DNA from: Eledone cirrhosa
Taxonomy: Eukaryota
Assembly: GCA_964016885.1 (NCBI GenBank)
Contig: OZ024759.1
Location: 33,108,001-33,172,000, forward strand
Reading direction: 5' to 3'
Length of the DNA stretch: 64,000 nt
Part shown: one piece after another, positions 42,294-55,614 of the stretch
Layout of the letters: each line of letters opens with the position of its first letter
Position numbering within the stretch: the stretch's first letter is position 1
Position numbers and translations under genes: made by a program
Notes under the pieces: generated by a model
Seen by the model: only the letters and a program-made list of their open reading frames with translations
What the model was told of the DNA's origin: nothing
Databases searched by the model: none

Positions 42294-42719
42294 TTATTAT
42301 TATTTTCTTACCCCTCCCCTCCCTCTCCTCGTTTTTTCTTCGTTTTCGCGTTCGTTGTTATGGCCAGGATTTCTCTATCTCTATAATTCTTATTTGTTAA
42401 TCTTATTTATAGGATACAATTTTAATTAAAATTTGGCTAAAATATTTCGCCATCTTGGGAATAAATCTCCTTTAACACACGGAAATCCAACTCGCGAATT
42501 AATGAGAGGAAAAAATACAAATACATTTCTAGAAATGTGAAATATTTCCAACAGAAAAAAAACATAATAGATTTTCTCGAAAAGAAAGGTTTTTTTTTTG
42601 TAAAATAATTGCGTTTTAAGTTATTAGTTGTATTTTTATTATATTTTTATATATTTTATATTTTTTCTTGTTTCTTTGTTAAATGTTTTTATTAGTGTGC
42701 ATTTTTACTCAATTTTATT

Positions 42720-42790
42720 GTAAACTCCCCACTGTTCCTGTCTTTGTATTGTCCCCTATATATCGGCCCTTGTGGCCAATAAATGAAATT
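42720..42790 (+). mobile_element. 3' end of the Tx1/L1-like LINE seen at 45511
   Basis: GTCTTTGTATTGTCCCCT...TGTGGCCAATAAA matches the reverse complement of 45514-45563. Confidence 0.55.
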
Positions 42791-43049
42791 ATTATTTAAT
42801 TATATTTTTTTAATTTTAACTACGAGGAAACATGTCCACTTCACACAAATCCGAGCAATGTATGAGGCAACATAACAGCCAGATTTAGAGGACAAATGAA
42901 CACCTTCCGTTCCCTAAACCAAGCAAAAACCAACACATACGAAAGCCAGTCCTTAATTGTGTAGTAATAATACTTACACACGCGGTATCTCTTCTGCGAA
43001 CACTCTACATTATGTGTTCAAATTACTCCTGAAGAATTTAGATCCCAAC

Positions 43050-43395
43050 TGTAGCAGTAGTAGCAGCAGTGGTGGTAGTAAGAGTAGTAATATCAGTGAT
43101 AGTAGTTGTAGAAGCAGTAGTAGTAGTAGTAGTAATATCAGTGACAGTAGTTGTAGAAGTAGCAGCAGTGGTAGTAGTAGTAGTAGCAGTAGTGGTAGTA
43201 GTTGTAGAAGCAGCAGCAGTGGTAGTAGTAGTAGTAAGAGTAGTAGTAGCGAACAGTGGCAGAAGTAGTAGCAGTAGTAGTAGTAATATCAGTGATAGTA
43301 GCTGTAGTAGCAGCAGCAGTGGTAGTAGTAGTAGAGATAGTAGTAGTAGTAGTAATAGGAGTAGCAGTAGTAGTAGTAGTAACAGCAGTAATGAC
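43050..43395. repeat. (AGT/AGC)n tract
   Basis: Direct inspection. Confidence 0.95.
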
Positions 43396-43467
43396 AGTCT
43401 CTATTCTATATTAAATGTTCTTCCTTTCTTACGCTCCACTATGCAAATATTATTCATTAAATTAATA

Positions 43468-44082
43468 TTGCCTTTCATCCTTACGGGGTCGATAACATAG
43501 AGTACCAGTAATGTACTGGATGATTGCTGGCCTTGTGCCTAAAGTAGAAACAATTAAATTAATATTGCTTAGAACGATTGCTTGCAAGTATTTAATAATC
43601 CTACATTATTATTAGTATTATTATCATCAGAAGGGTAGTAGATTAGTAGAATCGGAAGAGCGTCGCAAAACATGATTTGTGGCATAGAGTTACGGCCGTT
43701 CACGGTCTGAGTTCAAATTCCGCCGAGGTTAGCTTTGCCTTTCATCCTTACGGGGTCGATAAAATAAAGTACCAGTCACGCACTGTGGTCAATTTCATCG
43801 ACGTTTCCCTACCCCCCAAAAGTGGTGGCCTTGTGCCCATATAAGAAACCAATTTTATCATCATAAGGGCAGTAGATTAGTAGAATCGGAAGAGCGTCGC
43901 AAAACATGCTGTGTGGCATAAAGCTACGGCCGTTCACGGGCTGTGTTCAAATTTTGCCGAGGTTATCTTTGCCTTTCATCCTTACGGGGTAGCTCAAATA
44001 GAGTACCAGTAATGCAGTGGTGACGATTTAAGCGACCCCCCCCCCCAATCAAAGTTCTGGCCTTGTCGCTAAAGTGAGAAAT
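43468..44082 (+). mobile_element. Cluster of three SINE family 1 copies (43468-43553, 43632-43851, 43866-44082)
   Basis: The last two are full length and share the head AGTAGATTAGTAGAATCGGAAGAGCGTCGCAAAACATG. Confidence 0.85.
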
Positions 44083-44085
44083 CCG

Positions 44086-44222
44086 TTATTTTTCAAGTAC
44101 GCTCCTGAGTATTCGAGCTTTTCCAAGCAATACTGTTTTCTCTAAGGGTTCCATCCGCATTGAAATCCCTATTTGTTTAATGTACTTCTCAAGATCGCTA
44201 CTCACTATTCGCAAGATTCCAA
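44086..44222 (-). mobile_element. R4/Dong-like LINE, extreme C-terminal fragment
   Basis: KYIKQIGI...LEKTVLLGKARILRSVLE resembles the end of the 13095 element. Confidence 0.65.
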
Positions 44223-44352
44223 GTATATATACAGGATGTCCCACCCCAACATATACACACTTTAACAACATTCTAATACATATTGCCTGTACAGGTAATC
44301 AAAGTATGTAATTCTCTACATACAATTGAGATTTCTATATACATTTTAAACT

Positions 44353-44402
<50 letters not shown>

Positions 44403-44404
<2 letters not shown>

Positions 44405-44900
44405 AGGGTAATCCCAAAAGTAAGGTCTCCAAGGCGATGAGGACGCAGAGAAACTGTTCGTACGGCTGTTGGCAACACTGTTATGATTGGTGCTTCCTTC
44501 ACTCCCAAACAAGCATGCGCGTGCTTCACTGGGATGCTCAATCTTGGCTTGGCAGCCGTTGAGAATGGAGCTCCCGTTGAACGCTACTGCCAAGTGCGAA
44601 GTTCGCGCAGTTATTCGGTTTTTGAACGCAAAAGGCGTTGAACCGATTGAAATTCATCGCCAATTGACGGAAGTGTATGGACAGTCGTGCATGGTGTAGA
44701 GAGTTTACAGCCGGTCGTACTGAAATTCACGACGAACAAAGGAGCGGGAGACCGTCAATTTCCGACGAGACAATCGCAAAGGCTGAGGAAAACATGCATA
44801 AAGATCGGGGAATCACTCTGGATGCTCTCTGCATTTTGGTTCCTGAGGTTTCACGAAGCACCATCCACAGGATTTTAACGGAAAAGTTGCAATATCTCTG
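44403..44900 (+). mobile_element. Mariner transposon 5' part with frameshifted transposase, interrupted by an assembly gap
   Basis: TIR-like CGAGGGTAATCCCAAAAGT after TA. ATG at 44565: EVRAVIRFLNAKGVEPIEIHRQLTEVYG, then frameshift to WCREFTAGRTEIHDEQRSGRPS...VSRSTIHRIL (mariner HTH domains). CTCGTA just after the gap may be the right end. Confidence 0.9.
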
Positions 44901-45100
44901 NNNNNNNNNNNNNNNNNNNNNNNNNNNNNNNNNNNNNNNNNNNNNNNNNNNNNNNNNNNNNNNNNNNNNNNNNNNNNNNNNNNNNNNNNNNNNNNNNNNN
45001 NNNNNNNNNNNNNNNNNNNNNNNNNNNNNNNNNNNNNNNNNNNNNNNNNNNNNNNNNNNNNNNNNNNNNNNNNNNNNNNNNNNNNNNNNNNNNNNNNNNN
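44901..45100. other. Assembly gap (200 N)
   Basis: Run of N. Confidence 1.
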
Positions 45101-45510
45101 ACTCGTACGTATATACAGAAAGCAACAGATTTCGATGACAGCTAATTTCTATAACTCAGTTCCTTTTTTTACTGTTTGTAGAATATCTTTTTATTGTTTT
45201 GTAAAGTTTTACAGAATTGTCTCCCTTGCGGCCAATAATGATATTATCGTTATCAACCTTCAACCATTTTTATTTTTATCAATTACATAATATTGTTCAT
45301 CATGCTGCAATATTTATAATCATTATCAAAAGAGTAGCTTCCCCATCGTCACCATCATTGTCAATATCATTACTAACATCATCATCATCATTATTAACGA
45401 CATTGTAGCTATCAACAGGATCATCACCATCGATAATTTTATCTTTTTCTTCCTCCTCCTCATCATCACCATTAAACTATATATATAGATAGGGAGACAT
45501 ACAGATAGAT

Positions 45511-45950
45511 ATATTTCTTTATTTGCCACACGGGTACACAAGAAAAGGGGACAATACAAAGACATGCCGGGGATTTTACATACAGTCGTGTAAAAAAAAA
45601 AAATAAAACAAACAATTATAACAATCTAAACGCCACAAATGGGTTGTTTCATACCCCGTCGATAGAACAACCCTCAACTTCAGGAGCGTGTTCTGCAAGT
45701 CCTCCTTTCCTCCTTTTGCTCTCTTCTTCAACCTACAGGTTTATAAACAGAGAAAGCCGAATCACTCCGGCAATTTTCGCTGCATTCACCCACCTTTCAG
45801 TAAATTTACTGGTGTGCAGCGCCTCTCTCTCAACTCTGATTCTCCTTCTAAAGTGATACTTAAAGAAGGGAATCAATTGTTGTCCGGAGAGAAAGGCATC
45901 TGTCCTCAGTCCTCTCAATCTCGTCCACCATATAACTTCTTTCACCATAG
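45511..45950 (-). mobile_element. Tx1/L1-like LINE 3' fragment in (TAGA)n; a second 3' end at about 46030-46250
   Basis: VKEVIWWTRLRGL...FFKYHFRRRIRVERE..F.ERW resembles an ORF2 C-terminus; 3' AATAAAGAAAT end abuts (TAGA)n in both copies. Confidence 0.55.
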
Positions 45951-46305
45951 ACAGACATACATATAGATAGATAGATTGGTAGATATATAGATAGACAGAT
46001 AGATAGATAAATAGACAGGCATACAGATAGATATGTTTCTTTATTAGCCACAGGGGCACAAAAGAAGGGGACAAATACAAATGGGGGAAGTTTATATACA
46101 ATAAAAACGTGTAAAATGTTATCACAAATGCAATTTAAAAAGTTAGTCGATTTTCCCCAATAGGGGGAGACAGTTTATATGGGTAACACATACCCCCCAA
46201 AAAATGTGCAGCCCTCATCTCCAGGAGTACGAAGAGTTTGTACTCCTTTCCTCAAATGTTTATTATTGTTTAAAACTTTTTATTCAAACTTCATTGACAT
46301 CATTA

Positions 46306-46307
46306 TC

Positions 46308-46342
<35 letters not shown>

Positions 46343-46645
46343 CAGTAGTGGTAGTAGTAGTGGTAGTAGTAGTAGTAGTGGTAGTAGTAGTAGTAGTAGT
46401 AGTGGTAGTAGTAGTAGTAATAGTAATAGTTGCAGTAGTAGTGGTAGTAGTAGTGGTAGTGGTGGTAGTAGTAGTAGTGGTAGTAGTAGTAGTAGTTGTA
46501 GTGGTGGTAGTAGTAGTGGTAGTAGTAGTGGTATTAATGGTAGTAGTAGGAGTAGTTGTAGTAGTGTTGGTGTTAGTCGTAGTACTAGTAGTAGTACTAC
46601 TACTACTAGTAGTAGTAGTAGTAGTAGTAATGATAGTATTAGTAG
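46306..46645. repeat. (AGT)n tract
   Basis: Direct inspection. Confidence 0.95.
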
Positions 46646-47089
46646 GAAGGGAAAAAAGTGTGCGAAGAAGTAGAGAAGGAAGTGGTGACGAAGAAAAGAA
46701 GTGAAGAAGAAAAAGAAAAAGAAAAAGAAAAAGAAAAAGAAGAAGAAGAAGAAGTGAAGAAGTATGCAGAGAGAAGGAGGTGTAGTTGGAAGTATTAGAG
46801 TCGACAATTCTGCTGCTATTGTTTATACAGGGATGAGGGGTTGCTAGTTCTGGTGTTGTTGAAACTGTTAGAAATAATCTAACCTGTAACAATATTGATA
46901 CAATCAATAACTCTATTTGTTAAAGAAATAAACATATTAATTAATTATGAAAGAAACAACAATTTAAAAAAAAACAAAAACAAACAAGCAAAGCTTAAAC
47001 ATGTAAAACTTTTATAAAATAAATATTTCACTTAATTAAAGATGACAATTTTTTTTTCTGTCTCTACATTCTTCCTTTCCAAATCTCAC

Positions 47090-47091
47090 TG

Positions 47092-47123
<32 letters not shown>

Positions 47124-47261
47124 AACCAATGCTCTCATCATCATCATCATAACCAATACTATTATTATCAGCATCATCATCATCATAACCAATGCTCTCA
47201 TCATCATCACCAATACAATCATCATCATCATCATCATCATCATCACCAATACTATTCTTAT

Positions 47262-47294
<33 letters not shown>

Positions 47295-47382
47295 AACCAA
47301 TGCCCTCATCATCATCACCAATACAATCCTTATAAGCATCATCATCATAACCAATGGTCTCCTCATCATCAACAATACTTTT

Positions 47383-47412
<30 letters not shown>
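47090..47412. repeat. (CAT)n tract
   Basis: Direct inspection. Confidence 0.95.
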
Positions 47413-47413
<1 letters not shown>

Positions 47414-47719
47414 GAACTAGTGAAAATCCTTCAACTTAAGATCGCCACCACCAACAACAACAACCATGCCACTCTCTATCTCTCCAATATTTTTCTCTCT
47501 CACTCTCTCACCCAATCTCTCCTTGTCTCTATCTCTCTCCCTTTTATGCTCTCCCTCTCCCACGCTCTCCAATCTCTCTTTGTCTCTCTCCCAAGCTCTC
47601 TTTATTTCTCAATTTTTCTCCTCCAATCTCTCTCCCAATCTCTCAATCTCATCCAATCTCCATTTATCACTATCTCTCTCTCTCTCTCTCAAATCCCCCC
47701 TCCCTCTCTCACACTATCT

Positions 47720-48325
47720 CTCTCTCCCAATCTCACTCTCTCTCGCAATCTCTCACTCTCATCCAATCTCACCACTCACTCTCTCTCACTCTCATCCAAT
47801 CTCACTCTCTCTCGCAATCTCTCACTCTCATCCAATCTCACCACTCACTCTCTCTCACTCTCATCCAATCTCACCACTCACTCTCTCTCACTCTCATCCA
47901 ATCTCACTCTCTCTCGCAATCTCTCACTCTCATCCAATCTCACCACTCACTCTCTCTCACTCTCATCCAATCTCACTCTCTCTCGCAATCTCTCACTCCC
48001 ATCCAATCTCACCACTCACACTCTCTCACTCTCATCCAATCTCACTCTCTCTCGCAATCTCTCACTCTCATCCAATCTCACCACTCTCTCTCTCTCACAC
48101 TCATCCAATCCCACTCTCTCTCGCAATCTCTCACTCTCATCCAATCTCACCACTCACTCTCTCTCACTCTCATCCAATCTCACTCTCTCTCGCAATCTCT
48201 CACTCTCATCCAATCTCAACCACTCACTCTCTTTCACTCTCATCCAATCTCACTCTCTCTCGCAATCTCTCACTCTCATCCAATCTCAACCACTCACTCT
48301 CATACAATCTCAACCACTCACTCTC
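47720..48325. repeat. CT-rich minisatellite, about 69-bp unit with shorter sub-units
   Basis: TCGCAATCTCTCACTCTCATCCAATCTCAC recurs at 47743, 47812 and onwards. Confidence 0.9.
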
Positions 48326-48939
48326 TATCTCTCCCTCTCTCTTCATGTTTTAATCTAACTACCAAACCTTTCATTAAAATCCAGTCCACATTCAACAAAC
48401 AGTGTTTCAGTATTAACGAAGCTGGATTACTAATTACCATTCTCATTGACAAAATAATATGAAGACGATGACAGCGACAATCGTCTTTGGTGAAGGAGAA
48501 CGAGAATCGTAGAATGCCAGATTAACTGACCTGCTACTGTAGAGTGAATCAACAGAGCCATTCAATCTGACTGCTACATATGCTAGAAATAACAACACAT
48601 TTCAAAGAAAGATTGAACAAAGAGTTCTCTGGCCATTTCACCATTGCTTTCTATACATGTTAGAAATATCAATGAATTGTGAACATGTGATTTCTATCTT
48701 AGGCAAAAGGCCAGTAATTTGTATTATTTTTATATTTACGAGGGTGTGTTGAAAGGCTGTGGGCTTTAAGGGTATTACAACAGGGTAGAGATGTTACTTT
48801 TATTGTGGAGGAGGTAGGATCGTATCAATAAGTGAATCTGAGAAGGTAATATGTTGAATAAAATCATAATTAACTGATACTCCTGGATTTCATTTTACCA
48901 AACGAACGTTTCGTCCACTCCTGGGAGCTAGCTAGCTAG

Positions 48940-48997
<58 letters not shown>

Positions 48998-49139
48998 CGA
49001 GAGAGAGAGAGGGAGAGAGAGAGATAGAGAGAGGCTGTCAGGCAGACATATAGAGAGTGAGATAGATAGATAGATAGATAGATATACAGACTTGGGAAAG
49101 TAGTGTGTATGTATTATAAATAGTTCGTAGGCGGCAGCT

Positions 49140-49725
49140 AATATGACACCGGGAAGCCGCTAGAATTAGTTGAGGACCTCCTGTATTTGGGAGCTAAGAT
49201 TGGGAATACGGAAGACGATGTGGTCGAGAGGAAGAGCAAAGCCTGGGCGGCGTGCCACAGCTTGAGATCGGTGTGGAAGTCGGACCTTCGTAAATACCTG
49301 AAGATCCGCCTTTTCGTTGCTGTAGTGGAGTCTGTGCTGCTGTACGGGTCTGAGACTTGGACACTGACCAAGAAACTCACTCAGATGGTGGATGGGTGCT
49401 ATACGAGAATGCTGAGGATGGCGCTGAACATTAATCAGTATACACTGAGGATGACGAACTCAGAGCTGTGCGGGAGCCTCCCAAAGGTCAGCTCAAATGT
49501 GACACAGAGGAGACTGAGGTTAGCTGGACATGCTCACCGACATTCAGAGTTGACACTGCACTCAGTGCTCCTGTGGGATCCCCTACATGGACACACTGGA
49601 GGAGGAAGACCAAGGTTAACGTATGCTGATGCCCTAAGGACAGACACTGGTCTGTTGGAGACGCAGGACATGGCAACGATAATGAGGGACAGAGACCGCT
49701 GGAGAGAACTCGTCCATGGATCTTT
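49140..49725 (+). mobile_element. RTE/RTEX-type LINE, reverse-transcriptase C-terminal fragment
   Basis: YLGAKI...KAWAAC..L..VWKS..LKIRLF..VESVLLYGSETWTL...DGCYTRMLR...RRLRLAGH...GRPRLTY...DRDRWR; open for about 190 aa and GC-richer than the flanks. Confidence 0.9.
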
Positions 49726-49742
49726 AACCGCCCTATATAAAT

Positions 49743-49779
<37 letters not shown>

Positions 49780-50386
49780 CATATATATATACATAACGTA
49801 TAAATACCGATTTTTTTCCACTCATAAAACAAATATTATTCTGTATAATCAAATTGTGAGTAAAAACAAATCATTTGTTGCTCTGTGTTGGTATAAAATG
49901 AATTGGACGAACGAAAACAGAAAAGGAAAGTTAAATTAAGGAGTTAAATTCAGGAGGATATAAAATAATCACATCAGAGTACCATTAGTGAAAATTGGAT
50001 TGTATCTACCTTGCACAAACACATATTCACCTAGACTTTCTTTATTTAATTCCCATGAAATATATATATATATATATATATAGCTCTATATTAGCAATCT
50101 TTAAATAGTAACACTATACTTTTAGTAGTATAATCCGAGAGAAGGTTTTTGTAAAAATGCCTAAAGGAAGACAAAACATCGTTGAGAATCAGATATTAAG
50201 AAAATGACAATGCTATCTAAGTATTTGTCGAACGATATACCCGTATAGAACGCCGTATGAGAAGATTAGATTTAGCACTCGTTAAATTAATATATGTGTA
50301 TATATGTATATATATATATATATGTATATGTGTATATATATGTGTATATATATGCGTATATATATATGTGTAAATATACATGTATA

Positions 50387-50451
<65 letters not shown>

Positions 50452-50513
50452 TATATATATGAACAAAGCTATAGGTAATGTGTACTTTTAACAATGATTA
50501 TATTCACGAACAT

Positions 50514-50554
<41 letters not shown>

Positions 50555-50690
50555 AATATATATAAACATATATATATAACACCACAAATATATATCAATA
50601 GATGTAATTAATAAATCTATGTGGGTATGTACATGTATGCACCTGCGTCTCTCCCTACGCCAATATCTCTATACGTATATTATGTATATA

Positions 50691-50725
<35 letters not shown>

Positions 50726-50944
50726 CCACAACGTAGGCTGTAGAACGCGAAACTAGAGAAGGGAGAGAGAAAGACATAGAGATATAACGAGAGACTAGGA
50801 GACACATATAGAGAGAGAGCGTGAGAGCAAGAAATATATATATATATACATATATATAGAGAGAGAGGGATAGAGAGAGGGAGATAGAGAGAGAGAGCAC
50901 AAGAAAGATATACATATAAATATATATATATATATAGTAATAAT

Positions 50945-51058
50945 AATAAATTTGAAGACTAAAATCCAAAGAGGGCTCGATAAGGATAAATATATATCAA
51001 ATATATAAGAACCGTAGAGCAAATATTTATTAAAATAACAGATTAAAGTTTAAGCAAA

Positions 51059-51062
<4 letters not shown>
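50945..51062 (-). mobile_element. 3' part of the 36250-36578 family
   Basis: Near-exact reverse complement of 36462-36578. Confidence 0.85.
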
Positions 51063-51110
<48 letters not shown>

Positions 51111-51117
<7 letters not shown>

Positions 51118-51584
51118 GGGAGAAACAGACGATTATTAAGAAGAAAATTAATATATTTTTTTCCCTTTTATTTTTTTCTCTTTTTTCTGGGTTAGAAAAT
51201 GTTTCTAAACAAAATATTTTACTTTGCGTGAAGTATCAAGGTATTAGTTAATTTATTTATTAATTAACAATGGCATTTATATATTTATTTATATATTCAA
51301 TAATTGTCTTATTCTTTCTTCACCATTTCCTTAACATGTCCAACATCACCAACATTTTACACCAATACAAATTCCCACCTTTGATAATGCATAAAATGCT
51401 GAAACCGGTAATAGACAATTATTAAATATATAAATAAATAAATAAATAAATGCCATTGTTAATTAATAAATAAATTAACTAATACCTTAACACCTCACAC
51501 AAAATTAAATATTTTGTTTTAAACATTTTCTAACCCAGAAAAGAGAGAAAAAAATAAAAGGGGAGAAACATATTTTCTTCCCAT

Positions 51585-51590
<6 letters not shown>
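51111..51590. mobile_element. (TA)n-flanked AT-rich fold-back element, about 165-bp arms
   Basis: About 51141-51309 pairs with 51413-51580; the left end is homologous to 54080-54150. Confidence 0.75.
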
Positions 51591-51650
<60 letters not shown>

Positions 51651-51676
51651 CAACTCGTGTGCTCCTTCTCCACATT

Positions 51677-51771
<95 letters not shown>

Positions 51772-52711
51772 TATGAAACCGTTGGTATATAGAGATAAAT
51801 CACGTGTTGTTGGCATGATTAAGAGTTTTCACTTCAATCTCTGGAGGTCATTCTTGGAATCGCCAACACTGACCACATTCTTTCTTTTTGTCTTTTATTT
51901 TTACCAATCTTTCGCATGTGTGTATGTGTGTCTGTATGTGTGCCTGTGTATGTGTATGTGTATGTGTGTCTATTTGTGTATGTATGTGTATGTCTAAGTA
52001 TGTATGTGCGAATATGTGTATGCGTGTGTATGTGTGCATGTGCGTGTGTGTATTGGTGAATGAGTATGTATGTGTATGTATGAGTATGTATGAGTGTATG
52101 TATGTATGTGTGTGTGTATGTGTATGTGTATATGTGTGTATGTATGTGTAAGTATAAGTATGAGTATGTAAGTGTGTATTATTTTATTATCCTTTTGTCT
52201 TTTGTTTTTGGTATTCCGGCATTTTTTTTTGTGTATTATTTGCAGTATTTTTGTTTCATTGTCTTTATTTTGTGTATTATTTCTATTCTTTCTTTAACTT
52301 CATCTGTTGTTGTATTCTCGGCTAATTTTGACATTTATGATTTATTTCTCGCAATATCTTCCGTCTGTAGGCGCTGTCTTTCATTTTTTTTATAGATCTC
52401 TCTTTGTGCTATGTGCACATACTTGCTCGCGCAATATATATATATATATATATATAATGTATGTATAACAATAACACACAGACATACACACAAGCTGATA
52501 AATATCATATAATATATATCATATATATCATATAAAATATATCTATTATATACACATATATATATATTTATATATTATATACATACGTATCTATATATAT
52601 ATATATTTGTATATATACATGTGTGTGTGCACACTACCATACATGCATTCGTATATGTATATATATAAATATATATATAAATGGTCGTTTTGGGAGCCTC
52701 AACAATGGAGA

Positions 52712-52757
<46 letters not shown>

Positions 52758-52880
52758 TGTAAATTTACGAGTGCTTCTACAGTCACAATGCATACAAATA
52801 TATACTCATAAGTTATTCGAAGCCGTTGCTTTGAAGAAACTTTCATATATACAAGTACATACACACACACACACACACAC

Positions 52881-52919
<39 letters not shown>

Positions 52920-52963
52920 GTTTATACAGATACACATTGATTCATATTATATTTATATAATAT

Positions 52964-53003
<40 letters not shown>

Positions 53004-53004
<1 letters not shown>

Positions 53005-53161
53005 GGAACCAGTAAGACCCCGACAGCTGAGCTCTAGCCGTCGAAACGGCTTGAGCTCAGCTGTCGGGGTCTTACTGGTTCCTATTACCCACTCTACTAC
53101 ATCAAGCATCGAGTACTTTGGTGCGTGATGGTCCACCTGGTTCCTTACCACATTTCCTTCG

Positions 53162-53163
<2 letters not shown>
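53004..53163 (+). mobile_element. (TA)n-flanked hairpin element, copy 1
   Basis: GGAACCAGTAAGACCCCGACAGCTGAGCTC / GAGCTCAGCTGTCGGGGTCTTACTGGTTCC; tail with ATCGAGTACT at 53108. Confidence 0.8.
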
Positions 53164-53236
<73 letters not shown>

Positions 53237-53287
53237 CATCCATACATGCATATATAGATATATATAGATTCATATTTTATATATATA

Positions 53288-53334
<47 letters not shown>

Positions 53335-53393
53335 GTATCTATAGCTACATACATCATACCTTTATATTATATTTATATATACTACATGTACAT

Positions 53394-53469
<76 letters not shown>

Positions 53470-53470
<1 letters not shown>

Positions 53471-53660
53471 GGAACGAGTAGGTCCCTGATGGCTGAGCTC
53501 AAGCCGTATCGACGGCGAATTCAGTCCAGAATTAGCCGTCGAAACAGCTTGAGCTCAGCCGTCGGCGTCCTACTCGTTCCTATTACCCACTCTACTACCC
53601 CAAGTATTGAGTACTTTGGTGCGTTATGGTCCACCAGGTTCCTTACCACATTTCCTTCGT

Positions 53661-53661
<1 letters not shown>
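53470..53661 (+). mobile_element. (TA)n-flanked hairpin element, copy 2
   Basis: Same family with a longer loop; ATTGAGTACT at 53606. Confidence 0.8.
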
Positions 53662-53721
<60 letters not shown>

Positions 53722-54045
53722 CTTATAAATATATATATATACATATAAATAGGTAGGTCTCATAACGGTAGAAAAATATCTATAAATATATAAGCATCTT
53801 AGTTTATATATAACATTGGTAAACTAATCATGAAATTATCAAAGACAGAAGACCAGATAAACAAGAGACATAAAATACAAGTCTCTGTTCTTATATAAAT
53901 ACAGAGGAGAAGAATTAACAAGTAAATAAACTTGTATATCTAAGTACATGAAACATTTGATTTCAATATATTTACTGGTTTTTAGAGAAGAAATAGAATT
54001 ATCCGCCTTTGTTTATGTATATATATATGTATAAATATATATATA

Positions 54046-54080
<35 letters not shown>

Positions 54081-54214
54081 GAAAATAGGGAGAAAATGAC
54101 GATTATTAGGAAGAAAAATCTTTTTTTTTCCTTTTATTTCTTTCTCTTGTATGTTATATATATATATATATATATACACCCACACATATGCATATATAAT
54201 ATATGTTTACAAAT

Positions 54215-54286
<72 letters not shown>

Positions 54287-55197
54287 GTATTCACCTTTTT
54301 CTATATGCTCATAAATATTCATGACAAAAAAGTACTGTGGGAAACAAAGTTTGATATTCTGTTAGGGAAATAATTGTGATTTAAGGTCCGCGGAACTTTA
54401 ACTGCTTCTAGGGACAAAACAGTAAAGAAGAATGTGGAAGGAAAGACTGTGAGAATACAAAAGGAGAATGTTGATGGAGAGCCAGGAACAAATTATGTAA
54501 TTATATCCTCAGGCAAAGTGCTGTAAGAGTGTATGTCTGTGAGAGAGAGAACTTCTGTGTGTGTGACAGAGAGCTTTTGTGTGTTTCTGTATGTTTCTCA
54601 GTGTGTTTGTATGTCTGTCTTTCTTTGTGTGTGTGTGTTTCTGTGTGTGAGTTTGTGTCTGTGTTTGTCTATGTTTCTGTGTGTTTAAATCTGTTTGTGT
54701 GTATATTTATGTAAGTTTCTGTCTGTGTTTCTGTGTGTTTAAATTTGTTTTTGTGTATTTTTATGTATTTCTGTTTGTGAGGTTGTGTTTACTTGTGTTA
54801 CTGTGTGCGTTTCTGAGTGTGTGTATGTGTATGTGTGTGTTTGGGTGTGTGTGTGTTAGATCTCATTTTCCGTCGTCGGGTGTTCCATTTATTTAATCAA
54901 TGACAAGGCCTGCTCATGAAATTCTCGTGCAATCGGGTGGGATATGCCACAAGTAGATACACTCTTAACGTATTTCTCGGGATTCTGCAAATTCACACAC
55001 TCCTCACCTTCGTTAAACATCTGACTTACCTGTACAACTATCTTTGAAAGCTAAGGGTACTGGGAACTTCAAATATAATGTATTTCTCAAGGCCCAAAAC
55101 ACCCACTCATTGGTAATCAAATTAACCGTTAATCCACCTGCCTTCAAATCAGCCAAGTGAAGACAGGCTGAAGTTTCACACAATATACAAGCATGGC

Positions 55198-55254
<57 letters not shown>

Positions 55255-55423
55255 GCGTGTGCGTGTGTGTGTATTCATTTAATGGCTAACAGGTAAAATT
55301 CCAAGGTAACAAGGTTCACCACTCCACTTTACCATTAAATGGATATTTAAACCCTACTTTGGTATTGAGTACTTTTGCACACGCCCGTCAAGGCTATATA
55401 TATTTATTAAAATAACAGATTAA

Positions 55424-55474
55424 AGTTTAAGCAAAGAATCGCTGCTTTCACCCTTAATGGGATCTTCTGAAACT
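55424..55474 (-). ncRNA. Second copy of the CAGAAGA hammerhead-fold RNA
   Basis: Minus strand: AGUUU-CAGAAGA-UCCC-AUUAA-GGGU-GAAAGCA...UGCUU-AAACU. Confidence 0.6.
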
Positions 55475-55560
55475 AGGGCTCTTATATATTTGATATACAG
55501 TATATTTATTCTTATCGAGCCCTCTTTGGATTTTAGTCTTCACATTATTATTATTACTAC

Positions 55561-55614
<54 letters not shown>

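Noticed and set aside
42957-47411. Poly-Ser, Val, Thr and Met ORFs
   Set aside because: They come from (AGT)n and (CAT)n trinucleotide tracts.
47354-48358. 334-aa and 295-aa repetitive ORFs, superficially LRR- or mucin-like
   Set aside because: Both are frames of a CT-rich minisatellite; several frames are open at once.
49187-49756. 189-aa ORF as a host gene
   Set aside because: It is a 5'-truncated RTE-type LINE fragment lacking the RT catalytic core.
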